Below, piece by piece: positions 62,401 through 64,000 of a DNA stretch of 64,000 nucleotides; position 1 is the first letter of the stretch; the number at the start of each line of letters is the position of its first letter. Source of the DNA: Antedon mediterranea (taxonomy: Eukaryota; Animalia; Echinodermata); NCBI RefSeq assembly GCF_964355755.1, contig NC_092671.1:10106001-10170000 (forward strand), in the 5' to 3' direction. Under the pieces are notes generated by a model. That model was not told where the DNA came from and did not search any database. It saw nothing but the letters and a program-made list of their open reading frames with translations. The translations under genes were made by a program, and so were the position numbers.

Positions 62401-64000
62401 ATCTGGAGGTTCCCACATGATGTGTATGGCGTCTGATCGTGGGATAACCGTCAAAGATTCCACTTGAGGAGGTACTCGTGATTCGTCTACGAAATATATT
62501 ATTATATACCGTTGATTTTTATCAAGAATTTTTGTTATTGTCACCTTTGTAAGTAACAAGTTTGTAAGTCTAATACAAGTGTTCTACCTACCTTATCATA
62601 GTAGACCATTGGACAAAAAGAATTAAAACCATTGATAGCTTCTTAAACAAATATAACTTGTAAATCAGAGTTTATAATTAGGCTAATTATTAACATCATT
62701 TCACATGGCAGTATATAAAAAAAACTTGGGTAATCAAAAGCAAAAGATGAATTACGTCTTACCTGGCACTCTTGTCACTTCTAGTTTTGCTCTGGCAAAC
62801 TCGGGTCGAAAACTCGTGTCCATCGGACTATTTATCTCACAGATGTAAGTAGAAGAATCATCCTTGTTAACGTTATTAATTGTCAAAATTTCACCACCCT
62901 CGCTCAACAAATATTTATCATTTGGTACAATGTCATATTTCAGTTTCTTCCATTTTATCTCCGGTTTAGGAACACCGTCTGCGCGGCATCTAAGAGTGAC
63001 GTCATTCCCCTCTGTCGTTTCAATGTCTTCTGGTTTTTCAATGAATGTCGGTGGAACTAGAACGGTTAATACAGCATCTGCTGTTATGCGACCTGCCCAA
63101 TTCTCTGCAACACACGTGTAGGTCCCGGCGTCTTCTTTCACTGTACTGCTGATAAAGAATACGCCTTCCATTAGAGTTTCCAGAAGACGTCCTTCTATGA
63201 CTGCCGCCACTGAACTATTGCCATCTATAAGGAAAATGGGAACAATCCATGTTGATATACAAATTGGGGAATTCTCTCTGTAAAAACCTATGTAATTTAA
63301 ACAAATCACAATGACAAATACACAGTTTCAGCAATAACAATTTGCATTACCTTTCAACCACGAAATAACAGGTTTTGGATATCCATAAACCGAACACACC
63401 AAGAACGACGGACTGCCAGATTGTGCGGAAGCATTCCTCGGTTTAGACAGGAACTCTGGTGCCTCTAACAAAACATAAATTCATTGTTGGTATCGTGAAA
63501 TAACGCGTTAAAACTAAAATTATACAGCCCTATTGTAACCAACATTTCTCTAATTCACATAACTAAGGCGATCGCCCTTCAAATTTCTTCTAATCAAAAA
63601 ATTGAAATAATATTAAAAATTAGATTGAGAATGAATAATAACTTAACTAATTCATATTTTTATTTAAAAAAACACACAATTATATTATTATCACACTAAT
63701 TTCTGAATGACAATAGCATACTCTTTGTAATCTCGTGGTGTTGGTATGAAACGTTTTCCGGTAACTCAAACTGATAGTGAACCAAAAAGTGACCAGACAC
63801 CGTACTTGGTCCTGTATAAAACACATTGAGTTGCTGCTGTGTTGACGTGACAATCAATGGTAGATCTAAACCATCCCGACTGGAGATAGAAGCCATTTTC
63901 CTTGTCTTTTGGTCTCTATCAGTAAACGTCTGAAATACCATCGATTCACGAATCAAAAACTTTGTTGGCACGGACTCGTTATTGGTCTCTGGTAAGAAGT
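53449..64000 (-). CDS. DCC/neogenin-related Ig/FN3 protein, 3' part (CUB-like, 2 Ig, 3 FN3, no transmembrane segment); 5' end beyond the right edge
   Basis: Phase-consistent exons: >=64000-63722, 63464-63351, 63224-62763, 62486-62187, 61981-61831, 54921-54782, 54124-54017, 53651-53449 (TAG). The Ig junction LTVLVPP and the FN3 motifs ESRVPPQ...IVRGYILG...YVIKLRAFNQAGEG, LKPYTVYEVSV, APSSPPSD...IVNWLPPAKPNG and YYFKMKGRTSKGWGP resemble DCC Ig3-Ig4 and FN4-FN6. Confidence 0.88.
54163..54643. repeat. Compound (CAT/CGT/CCT)n trinucleotide microsatellite with higher-order duplication
   Basis: About 480 bp of CAT-based triplets. The block ATAATCTTCATCATCGTCCTCCCTATCGTTCTC occurs twice. Confidence 0.95.
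56562..60661 (+). mobile_element. Decayed DNA transposon (Sola2-like), internal deletion derivative
   Basis: Imperfect TIR GGCTC(A/G)GGCTCA(C/G)TATA, 4-bp flanking TACA on both sides, about 10 copies of a quasi-palindromic GTAACNTANGTTAC motif, and a transposase-like remnant inside. The superfamily call rests on recalled motifs only. Confidence 0.6.
58211..59690 (+). pseudogene. Transposase N-terminal half, pseudogenised
   Basis: MVKSRAEIQAAYRERQK..., premature TGA at 58394-58396, intron 58779-59062 (GCAG|gtaggt...ttctag|GT), then RDDNSRMMPGKRD...KRQIRYLND...SFSSF...LCQKHQNFALK. A frameshift follows and the frame is truncated before any catalytic DDE/D core. Confidence 0.65.

Overview
AT-rich animal genomic DNA with GT-AG introns, probably an invertebrate deuterostome such as an echinoderm (inferred from a Deu-domain SINE and the repeat style). 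Four spliced protein-coding genes all lie on the minus strand. (1) The 5' 12 coding exons of cytosolic aconitase/IRP1 (ACO1), which runs off the left edge. (2) A complete four-exon FBXL7 (536 aa, MGNSSGK N-terminus, 24-kb intron). (3) An intact but strongly divergent beta-tubulin (442 aa) starting MGEI instead of MREI and ending in an alpha-tubulin-like Glu-Tyr. (4) The 3' part of a DCC/neogenin-derived gene with the order CUB-like, Ig, Ig, FN4, FN5, FN6, stop. It has no FN1-3, transmembrane or cytoplasmic part, so it is a candidate soluble netrin/RGM-binding decoy. Introns hold MITEs (P-like, Harbinger-like and others), a DINE/Helentron-type element, a Deu-domain SINE, an L2 3' end and a decayed Sola-like transposon. 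They also hold a minimal Penelope-type hammerhead ribozyme, 20-24 bp palindromes resembling P-element excision footprints, and exon-end duplications in ACO1. An IRE-loop hairpin lies upstream of the tubulin. All calls were made by eye and by recalled similarity to known families; no searches were run.
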